63,876 nucleotides of DNA, filler included, from Hyphochytrium catenoides (GCA_900088475.1; 11 parts of 11 records of this genome joined end to end with filler, not necessarily neighbours in it); one strand, 5' to 3'; positions 26,063 through 39,041 are shown, counted from the whole stretch's first letter. Program-made: numbers and translations. Notes: a model not told the origin generated them from the sequence alone.

Positions 26063-27644
26063 NNNNNNNNNNNNNNNNNNNNNNNNNNNNNNNNNNNNNN
26101 NNNNNNTTAATTAATTAANNNNNNNNNNNNNNNNNNNNNNNNNNNNNNNNNNNNNNNNNNNNCAGAGGTGGCGAGAGTGGTGAGGATAGGTGGCGCAGGT
26201 ACCAGCCATAAAGACGACAAATGAGTCTACGACGCTATAAGTGACTACTACTAATAAGAGGCTAGAGTCACTGCTCTCAACAACTGCACACAGGCAAGCG
26301 GACAAGCATCACTGATGCGGCACCTATTATACTCTTCATTAGTGGAAGACTACAGCTGCTACCGTCTTGAACAAACGGGTCTGATGGTTAGCTCATTATT
26401 AAGCTAGACAGCCCATCCGCTACCATCATCACTTATGGCATTAGCCGTTTCTGAAGGTCAGGGAAGATAAGATGCGATGGTAGAGAGATTTGAAAGTGAA
26501 GGCAAGAAGACCGAAGCCATCCTAAGTAACGTATGCGTAGAGCTTCTATCTTCTGCACCACATGCATTACGAGCCCTTCGTCAACCTGTACATCACAGTC
26601 GTTTTCTATCTTTGGCGAGCTACCGGGATCAGTGGCCCTGACAGTTGCGGCTGCTCCTTCTTTCTAATGTCGCTGCGCCTTTCTGCACCTGCCCATGTGG
26701 ACCATCAAGATGATGACAGCATAGCCTTGACCCTTGGGTGTGGGTCTTCGCCTCTACGTGGACAGTACCACGAACGAGCCCTAATAGCCGGATCCTAGGA
26801 GTCCAGATGCTCTTTTGTCTGCTTCTCCAACAGGAAAGAGAGTGCTCGAGAGCTTCAGCGTAGTCTCTCTACGCGAATAGCCAGCTCTCCATTGATCTCG
26901 TTAATGAACACTCTGCCAGCCAAGTGGCCGACCCTTGCTTGCCTCATCTACACCTAGACAAGCATGCCATTCTTTCACGGTAACAAACCCTTAAGGAGTT
27001 TATGCTGGCATTGATGTTTTACCATTCACAGGTCAAATACCATCGGTGACATATGGTACAGTGGACTTCGGCCATCTCATGAGGCCTCGTAGTTCTGTTA
27101 AGCAGCAGAGAATCAGGCGGCAGATGCCGCGCACTTGAAGCTAAACGAAGTTCTCGAAAGCGCTAAGGATGTCAAGAAGAACATTTCTAATGGTGACATC
27201 GTGACGGCTAGAGGTTTGTCCTGGATGTCTAGCTATTTGAGAAGTATTGTCTCCTCTTTTATCGCTCCAATTAGTAGTGCTTTAGTCCTCCCACTTCTTG
27301 ATCCCTGAGCCTACTCGCTTCCACACGCTGGGAGCTGTCTCTCGTCACCCGCATGGCTGGCCCGATGCAGGAGAGAGAGAGAGAGAGAGCTTTCATGCAA
27401 CCCTTGCTAAAGCCTCTAAAGTATCTACTAACTCCCCGCGCCTGCCTGGAAGAAACCTCTTGCCGAGTGGTGTCATCTCCAAACCACCCTCCTCCCAGCA
27501 GGAGCACGAGACTCAGCATGTGATCGCATCGTCCCGCTTGATGGTCCGTCGTCTGCCGCAGGTCGGGCTGGACGCCTTCGCCTCATCAGCTCCTTCATGT
27601 CGCCAGTGGAGGACAAGCTTTTATTGAATCACGACTCTACCTGC

Positions 27645-27740
27645 AGATCCTCTAATAATAACAATGGGCTCCTCACTCCTCCCCCAGGGGATTCAAAGAT
27701 CCTCTAATAATAACAATGGGCTCTCCACCCCTCCCCCAGG
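27645..27740 (+). repeat. Tandem duplication, 52-bp period, 2 copies
   Basis: AGATCCTCTAATAATAACAATGGGCTC...CTCCCCCAGG starts at 27645 and again at 27697. Confidence 0.85.
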
Positions 27741-28258
27741 ACAAATAAAGAGATGCCCTTCTCTCTTTCCTCTTCCTGGAAGTTATTGTTACCTTGAAGA
27801 TGCCCCAAGTGCCGCCGCCGCTTTGTGGAGGAAGGCGGAACGACGATAGAAATCTGCCTTATGGTTCCCTGCCTTTACAAGGCATTAGCGTGTGATTGCC
27901 TTCCTTCGCTCCAAGGTGCTAGCGGTGCTAAGAGGGCCATCGTTTATTCACAGTGGGAGCAGCGGCGGAACTCTCTTTGTCGTGGCTCGCTGAGAGTGGC
28001 TTATCCCTGGGTGACAAGGAGCACGTAAAAGAGGAGGAGGACTGCGGTTTGGGACGTTGGCAGAAGGGCACAGGTGCACTTGAGAGAATAACAGGATATG
28101 ATACCACTTGGTCTGATGTAGAGTTGAGCCTTCCCGGATCGCTACGATCATCGTAGTGAAGGGACATTTTCTCTCTCTCTCTTCTTGCCTAGCGGCTCTT
28201 ATCAGTCTCCCTCAATCTTCTTACACAATTAGACGGCCGCCCTTGCACAGTTAGCAGC

Positions 28259-29277
28259 ATGTCGCAGTCTTTGCTCCAAAGGCTCCCTTACGAGTTGAGT
28301 CTTCGGATCACGGGTTTCTTTGATCTGGTAGTCCTACGGCGGTTCCTTATGACCTTTAAACACTCGCAAGACGAAAAGACAAAGCTTTTTGCCATTGTCT
28401 TTGCCTCATCATGGACCGTACAGCGGCTAGTAGCGTCCAACTACGTCCCGATTCTGACCAAGATGAAGGTGCTAAGGATGAGAAGGACGGAATACGATGG
28501 AGGTAGAGGCCTGCTTATGATCCGGACCTTTGATGACGCCTCGCATGTTGTCATGTGGTCAGCTTGCCATGGGTTTGTGGACATGATAGAGAAAGTAGCG
28601 CCCTACTGCAGAAGAGAAGACTTAAACATTGCCTTGGCCTTAGCGTCTGCCAATGGCGTCACTTCGGCAGTCAAGAAGTTGCTTGAGGTAGGAAGACAAA
28701 GAAGATTTTCAGTTTCTATCGTCATCGTCCTCCCCGTTCTTACGTCTTTCTTCACACTCAGAGTCTCAAGTGTGTGTCCCTTTCCATGTTTCCTCCTGGT
28801 TCATCCTCCTGTTTGCTCTTGAAGCCGTCGGCTTGTCTTAGGCCTTTGACCTTTCTAAATTTCCTCTACGGGGTGGACAGACTCCTGGCATAGAGCCTGG
28901 TGCTATGGACAACTACGCTGTGCTTCTCGCGTGTGAAAATGGTCAGGCAGGTGTGCTTCGGCTGCTTTTAAGTGATGTACGCATTGATAGATCAAGAATC
29001 CGTTATCACAGGTCAGTATCTTCCACAGAGCGCCATTTGCTTCGATGATGCTCTGCCTGGACGTTGTTCCTTTCTGAAACTCTTGAATTGTCCCGCATGG
29101 GGTTGAGTTTTCTTCATAAATCTATGCAATCTCTCTCCTGTCACTCTCCACTGTTTTGAGTGCTCGTTGAGAGCGAGAAGTGCCCCTTAACTGAGGATTC
29201 TTTCTGTCACTAGGTGCATGCGTAATCTCGACATTCTAGAGCTCTTACTCGACTTTCAAGTCCCGTGCATTGGCTAA
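28259..29277 (+). CDS. F-box-like plus ankyrin-repeat protein (3 exons)
   Basis: Exons 28259-28687, 28881-29011, 29213-29277. N-terminus LLQRLPYELSLRITGFFD is F-box-like. Ankyrin-like units: WSACHGFVDMIEKV, ALALASANGVTSAVKKLLE, DNYAVLLACENGQAGVLRLLLSD. Confidence 0.75.
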
Positions 29278-29485
29278 GACTCAGGGCACGACATGCCGGG
29301 AGGGAATCTTCAACAAGGAAAGGACAAAGATGGCAGAGCTTAAGGACGGGAACAGATGTACTTTTAGTGGCATAGATATCACTACGGCCACTGATGAGAG
29401 ACGGGACAGCATTTTTTTTTTCATGATGTCATTATTATTCTCTTTCCCCTCCTCCTCCTATTTCTCCTTGTTACGCCATAATAAA

Positions 29486-31043
29486 TCAAGCCAAAGCAGC
29501 CTTCGCAGCCTTTCTGTCAGCACGAGAGACAGCATGGAAACCTGACCTAATCGGAGCGACTGAACGACTGGAGCCGCAATCCTATAGCGCGCCAGGCAAA
29601 AGAAGAGATTGTTATAAAAAAGACGGGTATGGGAAAAAGAGAGAACGATTTGGCAGGCAAATGCGGAAGAGACGATGCAAGCGAAGTGATCAGCAGAGAA
29701 AGAGAACTTTGACAATAAAGCGAGGAATTGGGCGTCGTTCGAAAAGCAAAAGACGTGGTGGAGCCTCCCCAAGGGGGAAAAGGGTGAATGAGTGAGGAGA
29801 TGTGGGAATTCACCTGGCAATGGACGAAGTAGAGTCGGCTGACACTGTCTCTGGTAAGAGAAGTGTTAGGACTTCTGCACATCTGGCAGGTGACGTACTC
29901 CGATATATACTTGCGCAGCAAACTCTCAATATACTGACAAGGGGAAGACCCAAAGGTGTTCGCCGTAAGAGCCTTCATACCGCAGTGACGAGTCAAAATA
30001 TGTAGACGATACCTTCGGAACGAACTTTCCTCTGATAACCAAACGCTGACTTCCATCGATAGAGCCCTCGGTACCAAGCTCTGCAAGGGAGAAAAAAGGA
30101 GCGAAGGCATAACTCTAGTAAGCCCATTGATCAGGGTGTGGGTTGACAGACAGAGTTTTCGCTAGACCACGAAGCTAACAACAAAGGAGATAAACTGCTA
30201 GAGAGATAGCACAGAGCAGGAGAGCACAAAAGCGATAACGCACAGTAAAGACTGCAGACAGAATGCTAGATTTAAGGTAGTGTTGGCCCTAACAGACAGC
30301 GATAACCCTTGTGCCTTACCAGCCATGAAGAACTGGAAGACGTGCTCTGGATTTCTGTGCATCATCTTGCAGATCTCCTGGAAGTTGACCCACAAAGTCT
30401 TCTTGGTTCCCACTGCATTGAGCGACAAAGCATCAGTGAGTGAAAATAGGAAGAGAGCGCAACAAGGAGTAACGGCCAAGGACTGGCGTGAGGTAGGTGA
30501 TCAAAGTAACGGGAAAAGAAAGGGCTCTCCTCAACTTTCGACGCGCTAGGAGAGCATTGAAAGGGCCGTCACGTTTTGCTGCTTCCTTACCTCTCATTAG
30601 TTGTGGTGGCTTCAGGGTGTGTCTTCGCTTCTCAGTAAGTTCTGGATTGTTGGCGTGGAGAAGGTCCAAGATGCGATGAAGAAGCTGATAGAACGCCGGG
30701 TCAGTGCAAACTTCGCGCCATTGAAATGCTGCCAAGAGTAGAAAATACATACATCAGAATAAGGATAGATGGCCTCCCCTGTGGCAGAGCTCCTGGCAGT
30801 AGCATCATTCGCTCCTTGCTCGCCATCGGCTGCCTCGGTGCTAGTCTTTGTTTTCTATAGGCAAGAGAACCTCGTTGATGAAGAGCGGGGCTTTCTCGAC
30901 TAAGGCGGTGCGACAGTTACCTCCTTCTTCTTCTTCTTCTTCTTTTTGCTCAGATCGAACATTGCGTTCAGATCTTCTTCGCCCTCCGCTACAGGAGTCT
31001 CTTCCTGCACCTGCTCCACATCTTCTACCTGAATGTCTGCCAT
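29486..31043 (-). CDS. EIF2S2: Eukaryotic translation initiation factor 2 subunit beta (7 exons)
   Basis: Reads [17 protein letters not shown] (K-box)..[79 protein letters not shown] (C4 zinc finger)..AALA*. Confidence 0.97.
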
Positions 31044-31416
31044 GGTTTCTTCTTTTCCCTGATTCACACACTTCCAAAAATCTCTCGTTCGTTCTCAATA
31101 ACTGTCTCTGACTCTCAAATGCAAGCAAAACAGATCTCTGACTCCAGCTCAGACTCTTCTTGCCCGAGCTTTTTAGAGCCGCAATAAATTTTGGGCGTCA
31201 GGTCCGCGGCGCCGCCCGCCCCACACATTTCCATCCCCATAGACTTCCCCATACAACCACATCTGGACCTGCCGAATCGAATCCATCAATGTTCCTGTAC
31301 AAAACTACACCTCTGTGGTCCAACCCTCAGGTGCGATCAAGAACCTGGCAGAGTTGAGTAGTGTGATTACTAATATGATAACTACTCTCCGGTTATCATA
31401 GCTTGTTGGAACTGTA

Positions 31417-31484
31417 ATCTCCAATCTCTAATCTGGAATCTGGAATCTCTCATCAAAATCTTCATCTGGAATCTGGAACCTCTA
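31417..31484 (+). repeat. Cluster of AATCT(GG) heptamer-like repeats upstream of eIF2-beta
   Basis: aatctccaatctctaatctggaatctggaatctctcatcaaaatcttcatctggaatctggaacctcta. Confidence 0.6.
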
Positions 31485-32931
31485 ATAATGAATACTCACA
31501 TGATGAGTAAATATGAGTGAGTAGCGGACGATTCTGGTTACTCGTGTACCTCATCATGTCCTATGATTACTGGTTACTCATCATGGGAGATCTGCTCTCC
31601 TCTTTCTCTCAACAAGCTGGAACGATTGCGTTGTTCTTCCTCCTCTTTCCCTGTTGTTATGCTAGTAGTAAAAGAAGGCTCTTCCTTCTTTCAATTGGTA
31701 GGCTTTTCTTATTACGAAGTACCTCTTCTTTTGTACCATCCTGGAGCATCACTGGCTAGCTAGTGATTAGAAGAATGGTATGATCCCGGTATTATCCGCC
31801 CACTCTCCATCATTCTTCATTCGTTGTTGCTGACAGGTACATGCTAGGCATAGTAGCAGGCCGACTACTACCACCAAACGCCGCGCAATGCAAATGTCCA
31901 AGCAGTGATGATGATGGTTATGCAAAAGAACGGACGGCAGAGGACAAAAAGGCATGATTGATGAGCTCAACATCATGATGATGTCGCCGCTAAATGGCGC
32001 TAGCTGACAGGCAAACTGAATATTATTTAGTAGTACTATAGTGACCAGCGAGGAGGGAACGGCGGCTGATCCTAATAGAAGAAGAGAAGCACGGGACTGA
32101 AAGACAGAAATGCTTTCTGCTTGATGCTTCTTGGAAGAGTGATAAATGTTTTCCTGGTAGTAAGCAAGGAGAAGAAGAGGTGGGATGAATCCTTCTTTAT
32201 TAACTATTTGGTTTCTTGTCAGTAAGCGACCGATGGCGGAGCCTTCCATTATTCATCCTCTATGCCTAATACGGAGAAAAGTTCAAAGTCGTACTCCTCA
32301 ATGTCCTCTGCGAAAAGGATGGAGTCAGACTCATTATCACATGCTGCGTCATTCAGTGGGCGAGATGGCGTTGAGAAGATTGGTGGCATAACGCTGCTTG
32401 GGAATGAACTCATTTTGCTCTCCCGCCAAACGCTTGCTGCTGGCCACAACCGTCTAGTTCTCGTTGAACTCTGCTTTCGCCCAAAGGTACTCTTTGAACC
32501 TGAGAACCGGTTGCTTTAGGCTTTGGTTCCATTGTTATAAAGAGCTGCATATCGTCAGTTCCATGGTCTGGGATGCGCTTGAGAGCAGCGAGCTTGGCAA
32601 GCCAAGTGTGACAGCTCTCAGATTTGGCGTCACAGTCTCGCCCAGAGCTAAGGCCTTCCTCTTTAGAAAAATAAAGGCACCCATTCCCATGCCGTGGGTC
32701 AGAGGAGAGGACGCCAGTGGCGATAGATATTAGGGACGAAGTAGGAGAGGCAAAGCTAACACATTAAGGCAGTTGCCCTGCTCCTCCCCAGTTTGAAAGG
32801 CACTGGGAAAGCCCTCATAGTCCTAGTCTAGNNNNNNNNNNNNNNNNNNNNNNNNNNNNNNNNNNNNNNNNNNNNTTAATTAATTAANNNNNNNNNNNNN
32901 NNNNNNNNNNNNNNNNNNNNNNNNNNNNNNN

Positions 32932-35900
32932 CGGTTTGGTTGCTGAGACTCATCGCCTGCAGGTACAGCGGCTCAGAGCTGTAGGGCAGTACCGTGACGC
33001 CTCCCGATGGCGCAGGAGCCACACGAGAGGCGTTGACTGCGAGGTTGGCTGTGAGGTTGCTCGAGATCTGGACCAGCTGACTGTCGGTAAGGCTAAAGTT
33101 GAACATGTAGAAGGCGATCATGTCCATCACAGCAGTAGCCAAGCCTACAGGAGGCATCTGCCCTCCAATCCGCCACTCCCTGACCGCTCTATTTGTCAGC
33201 ACGGCCTGGACACTGCCAACACTCTGGCCATTCTTCAACAGCTCCGCCCGACGAGTAGCGGCTGAGTAGCGAAAGCCGTAGACCGCCCAGACGTCTGGTT
33301 CTATGGCGCCAGCGGCACTGACAAGGCGGAAGTCAAGATCTCCCGTAGCGCTGTACGCTTGGAAAGCGAGGTGATCTGAGGTGCCCTGACGGAAGAGTGT
33401 GATGCCACTAACCCTAGGCTGTAACGAAGTATAGATACCTGAGAGTATGGGATCGTTCTCAGTGGGCGTGCTGCTGAAGCGCATGAGCGCCAGGATCGTC
33501 AGGCCATGAGTCTCAGGGTACAGGGTCATGGACCCAGTGTAGAAGAATTTGGCAGGGGTAAAAGATATGTAAGGTCTATCTGACAGACCACCGCTCCTGA
33601 TATAAGTTGGGAGGTTTCCGATAACTGTGCCAAAGCTGTCGACGGCCCGGCTAACAGCAGACATATGCGCATAGTTCGCCTCAAAGAGCGTGGACGCCAG
33701 CATGATGCAGGGGAACCAAGAGATGGGAAGAGGCGTGGCAGGCCCAGCGCCAGCCGCGGAGACTGGAGCTGTGAGGTTCAGTCCCATGGTGAGGTTAGCA
33801 GTGATGGCGGCAAGCTGGCTGTTGGTAAGGGCGAAGTCAAAGATATAGAGAGACGCGATGTCCACCGTAGCCAGATTGGCCGTGAGAGGGAGGTTGGTAC
33901 CTCGGGCAATGAAGAAGGTACCGTAGCTCCGTTGAGGAGAGCGCGGCCATACCGCGGAAGACTGGCCTACTGATACGCCATTCTTCACGATCTCTATCGT
34001 CTCATTTGTCCCTCCAAAGCTGCGCACAGCCCAGACTGCCCACTCATTCTTGACGACAATACCAGGCATACTGACCACACGGGCGCCCTCATGACTCGAG
34101 AATTCAAGAGCATCACTGGCCCCATAGCGAGCCAGACTGAGACTCTCGAAGTTTATCCTTTCAACCGAGCTCAGTTGGAAGACACGGTCAGATGATAAGG
34201 CAGTCAGCTCCGAGAACCGGAGCAAGGCCACTGCGCTGAAGCCCATAGTGCCCACGGAGTAGAAGCGTGAGCTCCCGAACAGCCAATGAGGAAGAGTGCG
34301 ATTGAATGAGACATAAGGCCCATTGAGATGCCCGCCACTGCGGTAGAAGATAGGAGCTGACGCATTGGAGACGCTGCTCAATCTCTCCCAGGAGACAACA
34401 GCGCTAACGTTCTCCTGCTTGGACTGTGTCAATGCCGAAGCCGCCAGTTGGGCACCCGAAGGGTACAATGGAGGTAGGAAGGAGACAGCTCCCCCGCTTG
34501 AAGAGCTCAAAGAAGTATTAATCGGAAGGTTGCCACTGAGATTCGACGAAACAGCGAGTAACTGAGTGTCAGACAGCGCGAAGTCATAGACGTAAAAGGC
34601 GCCAAGATCAAAGTTGCCATGGCTCTCCTGTGCCTGGTGAGCTGACCCAAGCCTAAACCAACCACTTGACAGATCCGTGAAGGGTAGGCGACGGCCAGAG
34701 TATCCAATACTGAGGCCATCCTTGATGATCTCTGCGCCCACCGTCGTCGCTGAATATCTGAGGGCCAAGACTGTCCATAGGCTGGACAGTGTAGGACCAG
34801 GTTCAGTGATCAGAGTAAGGGCTTGGCCATTTTGGTTCTGATAGTCGGAGGCGAGGTGGCTGGAGTTGCAGTAGCGTCGGAGGTTGATCGTCCAGTTCCA
34901 GGTCCTGTCATAGACGCTGCTCCCTACACTGAACAGGTGTTCATCATAGACAGGCGTCCTGGAGGTGAAGCGCACGAGCATGAAGGCAGTGAATCCGCCC
35001 TTGGTGGCAAGAGATAAGTTCACAGTGGCTGGTGTCTCCAGGAAGTGCTTGCTCTCACTGTTGAAGGAGATGTAGGGGCAGCCGTTATAGCCGCCACTGG
35101 CTCGGAAGATAGGCTGTTGGGCAGTGACGGGCTGGGCAAACTGTCCCCAGGCTGAGAGCCCAGAGTTATTGCTTTGAGAGGCAATCAAAGAGGCTAAAGG
35201 GCACCATGCAGGCTCTGTGGTAGTTGAGGCCAGCGACGGCGTGGGAGATGGGAGAGTCGAAAACTCTTGGGAAGTTGGCTGTGGGGTTGGCTCAGGAGTT
35301 GGCTGAGGAGTTGGCTGTGATGTTGGCTGAGGAGTTGGCTGTGAGGTTGGCTGAGGAGTTGGCTGAGGAGTTGGCTGTGAGGTTGGCTGAGGAGTTGGCT
35401 GAGGAGTAGGCTGTGAGGTTGGCTGAGGAGTTGGCTGAGGGGTTGGCTCAGGAGTTGGCTGTGAGGTTGGCTGAGGGGTTGGCTCAGCAGTTGGCTGTGA
35501 TGTTGGCTCAGAAGTTGGCTGTGAGGTTGGCTGTGCCGTGGGCTGAGGAGTTGGCTGTGCCGTGGGCTGAGGAGTCGGCTGTGAGGTTGGCTGAGGGGTT
35601 GGCTCAGCAGTTGGCTGTGATGTTGGCTCAGGAGTTGGCTGTGAGGTTGGCTGTGCCGTGGGCTGAGGAGTTGGCTGTGGGGTAGGCTGAGGAGTTGGCG
35701 GAGTGGTTGGTGCAGGTATGGAGGCAGGCTGACTGGGGGTTGCAAGGCATTCTTCATCTGTTGCCAGTAAGAGAGTAAGAGATAGAGTCGGAGTTAGGCT
35801 TGCTTGCAAGCGGTGCTTTCCAGCCAGTCGTCTTTCATTGAGAAGAGATCATTTCCAAGAGAGGGTATGCTTACCGGTCGATGTTGTGGGAGAGATAGAG

Positions 35901-36504
35901 GCAGATGATACTGTGCTGGTGCAAATTCTATGACTGGCACTCCCTGTCAGGTAGCCTGGTCTTGCATTGCACACTACGGAGCTTTGGTCGGCATCATTAT
36001 AATTGCTCCTGACACTGCGCTGGAATTGTGCTCGGTAGGCAGACTGCTGTTGGTGCACCCAGTTAGCGGACAGTCGTCCTTTAGTCAAGTACCTCACTCC
36101 CCTTCCTAGGACAGTGCGGAACATCGCAATAGAGCTCATGGTTAGGGCCAGTGACAGAATGGTAGCTAAGAGTAGTTCTGACCTCGAGGCAGCCAGCTAA
36201 CAGCGGCCTCAGCCCCGGGTAACGGCAGAAGTGAGAAAGATCGTCTGAGACTGTTCCACCATCCAACAGATAGTAAGAATGATGGAGACTTCCCGAGTGG
36301 AGCTCCCACTGGAGGTTGCTGATGCTCAGGTTTGCTTGAAGACGGCAACGCAATCACGTCGTAGGTCAAGAAGTAGTAGTCAAACCCCAATAGTAGGCTG
36401 GCAAGGACGACCAGAATGCCAGCCCTGCTGGCACCACTTGCGCTATGAGCTGCAGCTGATTTATGTTCGCTAGCGGCGGGTGTTTTGGTTGAGTTCTTCA
36501 TCAT
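32932..36504 (-). CDS. Large type-II membrane-anchored protein: TM, PT-rich stalk, at least 3 tandem LamG/ConA-like domains; 3' truncated
   Basis: Exons 36504-36183, 36105-35875 and 35757-32932 join in frame (both introns phase 1). TM segment GILVVLASLLLGF. Three ~250-aa units share GG..G.PY(I/V)SF, W.V.A.R, E..KNG.S.G and DL..FY.(Y/F)DFAL(S/T)D.QL..(I/V)S.NL. Confidence 0.85.
35274..35698 (-). repeat. 12-bp coding minisatellite encoding the PTPQ/PTSQ/PTAQ/PTPE mucin-like stalk
   Basis: Tandem gttggctgagga/gttggctgtgag units, translating to (PTxQ)n. Confidence 0.95.
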
Positions 36505-38083
36505 ATTCCTTCTTTCTTCCTCCTTTTCGACCTACTGAGAGCGAACTGACGACTTCTCGGTCCACTGCGGGTGTTAAGGTAGGGGCTCCACTTGGCGCTT
36601 ACACGCCGTAGAGCCCTGACGTCAAGCTGGCTAAGGATGAGAATGGCTCTCGTATAAGCTTCACCCCGTCCACTATAGAAAGCTTCGCTGCTGCGCCTGG
36701 GTGAGGACCCATAATAAGGTAATGCTTGAAGTTGGCAGGCGGGATGGCGGTAGCCCCTAGTAGGGAAGAAGAACTAGGTAGCAGGACCTCTCGCTTTGGC
36801 AGTTGACCACCACGCAGCACGAGGTCTCTAGTCTAGTGCAAAGCACTACTCTTCTTGAGACTCGACTTCTTACCGCTGCGGTCCGCGTTCTCAGCTCCTT
36901 CACGTCTCGCCGGCGTTGGCTGCTTCTCCAGTTCGTTGTCCTGAGTGCACTTCTGCTTGCATTGCTCGCTGCTGTTGGGCCGTTGCCGCCGCGCCCTTTC
37001 CCGTGTTGGCCTCTCGGGACAGCACAAGTACAAGTATTATAAGTAGTCGTAATCTCCTGCTCTCTGTCAGCAGTTGTGGTTCCACAACAGTTCCTTCTTT
37101 TGGGACTAACTGTAGAACTAGTTACTTGTACAACACCAAGGAATCGTTTATATAATAAAGGTGGCAACTTACATTTTTTAAATTGTACAGGTACTGGATC
37201 TAAGGCCTTATTATACTTGTAGTTCCTACTGGTGCAACCCCAAGTACAAGTAATTCTAGTGGAGCTAATTAACAGCCGATGGACGTTATAGTAAGTAGGA
37301 ACTAGTAGGCTGTGCATAACTGTTTATCTGTACTTGATCACTCCACACTAACTGATTCTTGCTGTACTTGATCACTCCACTATATTCGTTACCGCAACTA
37401 ATAGTAACTAAATAACTGCAAGTGGTCACTACTACATCTACGTACTGCGGAGTAAATTACAAGTACCGTACAGATGTAGTAGATTCGGACCCCATCCGTT
37501 ACTGTTTTAATCAAGTAAGTAAGTAATAGGTATTCAGTACTTGTAGAGGACATAAGGCTCCTAGAGCATTTGCGGATTGTCGTTATTATCCTTCCTCGTC
37601 CTCACCTACTTACGCCGGTACTTATACCTGCAGCCCCGTACTTGTTTGTGCCTGTAGCCCTAAGGAGACCAGTAGTAAGTGGACTAGCGCCAGTACAGTA
37701 TACAGTATAACGGATGAGTGAAGAGAGAGTCGAACTATTGCTGACAGAAGAAAGATGAAGAGGCGCTCATCGAAAGCAGAAGATGGGAGAAGAAGGAGCA
37801 GGCACGCCGCCATCGGAAGGCGAAGAAGAAGAAGAAGAAGAACGATAGAACAGATGATCCAAGAAGGGGTAGACACGTGCTTGCGGCCTCTTGGGGCCGA
37901 GAGCAAGGTGTTAACGCAGTCGCGACGTAGGGAGAAGAGTAGACGGGTCATCATTACGATAGATACGGCGCGGTGCCGCATTAGTGCCGCAAGCAGAGGG
38001 TACTGCTACCCCTGGTGACACTATCAGTGGCGAGCCATGGCGAGCCCAAACACCTCCCAAGGACACCCTAAGACATCTGCCGT

Positions 38084-38502
38084 CACTTCGGTTTCCAAGC
38101 ACAAACCACTGTTGCTGGAGATCTTGACTTCCGTCTTGTCAGTGCCGCTGGCGCCATAGAACCAGACGTCTGGGCGGTCTACCGCTTTCGCTACTCAGCC
38201 GCTACCCGCCAAGCGGAGCTGTTGAAGAATGGCCAGAGTGTTGGCAGTGTCCAGGCCGTGCTGACAAATAGAGCGGTCAGGGAGTGGAGGATGGCAGGGC
38301 AGGCTTCTGCTACTGGGATAACTGCACATGTCCAACTTTAGCCTTACCGACAGTCAGCTGGCCCAGATCTCGAGCAACCTCACAGCCAACCTCGCAGTCA
38401 ACGCCTCTCGTGTGGCTCCTGTGCCATCGGGCGGCGTCACGGTACTGCCCTACAGCCCTGAGCCGCTGTACCTGCAGGCGATGAGTCTCAGCAACCAAAC
38501 CG
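38084..38502 (+). pseudogene. Inverted, frameshifted duplicate of the third LamG-like domain (matches 32932-~33373)
   Basis: GDLDFRLVSAAGAIEPDVWAVY..REWR is near-identical to the gene. A shortened, divergent stretch at ~38290-38330 shifts the frame. Near-identity then resumes up to ..AMSLSNQT at the contig end. Confidence 0.9.
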
Positions 38503-39041
38503 NNNNNNNNNNNNNNNNNNNNNNNNNNNNNNNNNNNNNNNNNNNNTTAATTAATTAANNNNNNNNNNNNNNNNNNNNNNNNNNNNNNNNNNNNNNNNNN
38601 NNAGAGAGAGAGAGAGATCACGGAGCTGAGCTGGCCATACAGTGGCTGTTTGCTGAAAGAGATAACGAGAGAAAGAGAGACAGAGAGAGCACGAACGACA
38701 GAAAGGAGAGACAGGTAGGTAGATAGACAGATCTACATATCCATATACCTAGGGAGAGGAGGCTCGGACATAACGGAAGAGATACAAGTGCCACGCCGAA
38801 GCCAGAAGTTGAAGATAGCAAGAAACGACGGAAGTAGAGTATGTATGTAGAGGAAAAGAAGAGACCAGAGGCAATGACCCAGACAAGAGCGACAAATATG
38901 GCAAGGGATAAATGAAATAGACAGACTGTCAGGTAAAGGACCGGGAAGAAAAAGCGAGTGTGAGAGAGAGAGACAGAAAGGAAAGACGGCTTCAGGAAGA
39001 CGCCTTCAGAGAGACGCTGAGAGAGAGGAGAGCAGGTGTTT

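Noticed and set aside
35274-35698. CRISPR-like or non-coding repeat array
   Set aside because: 12-bp in-frame units without unique spacers; this is a coding PT stalk in a eukaryotic gene.
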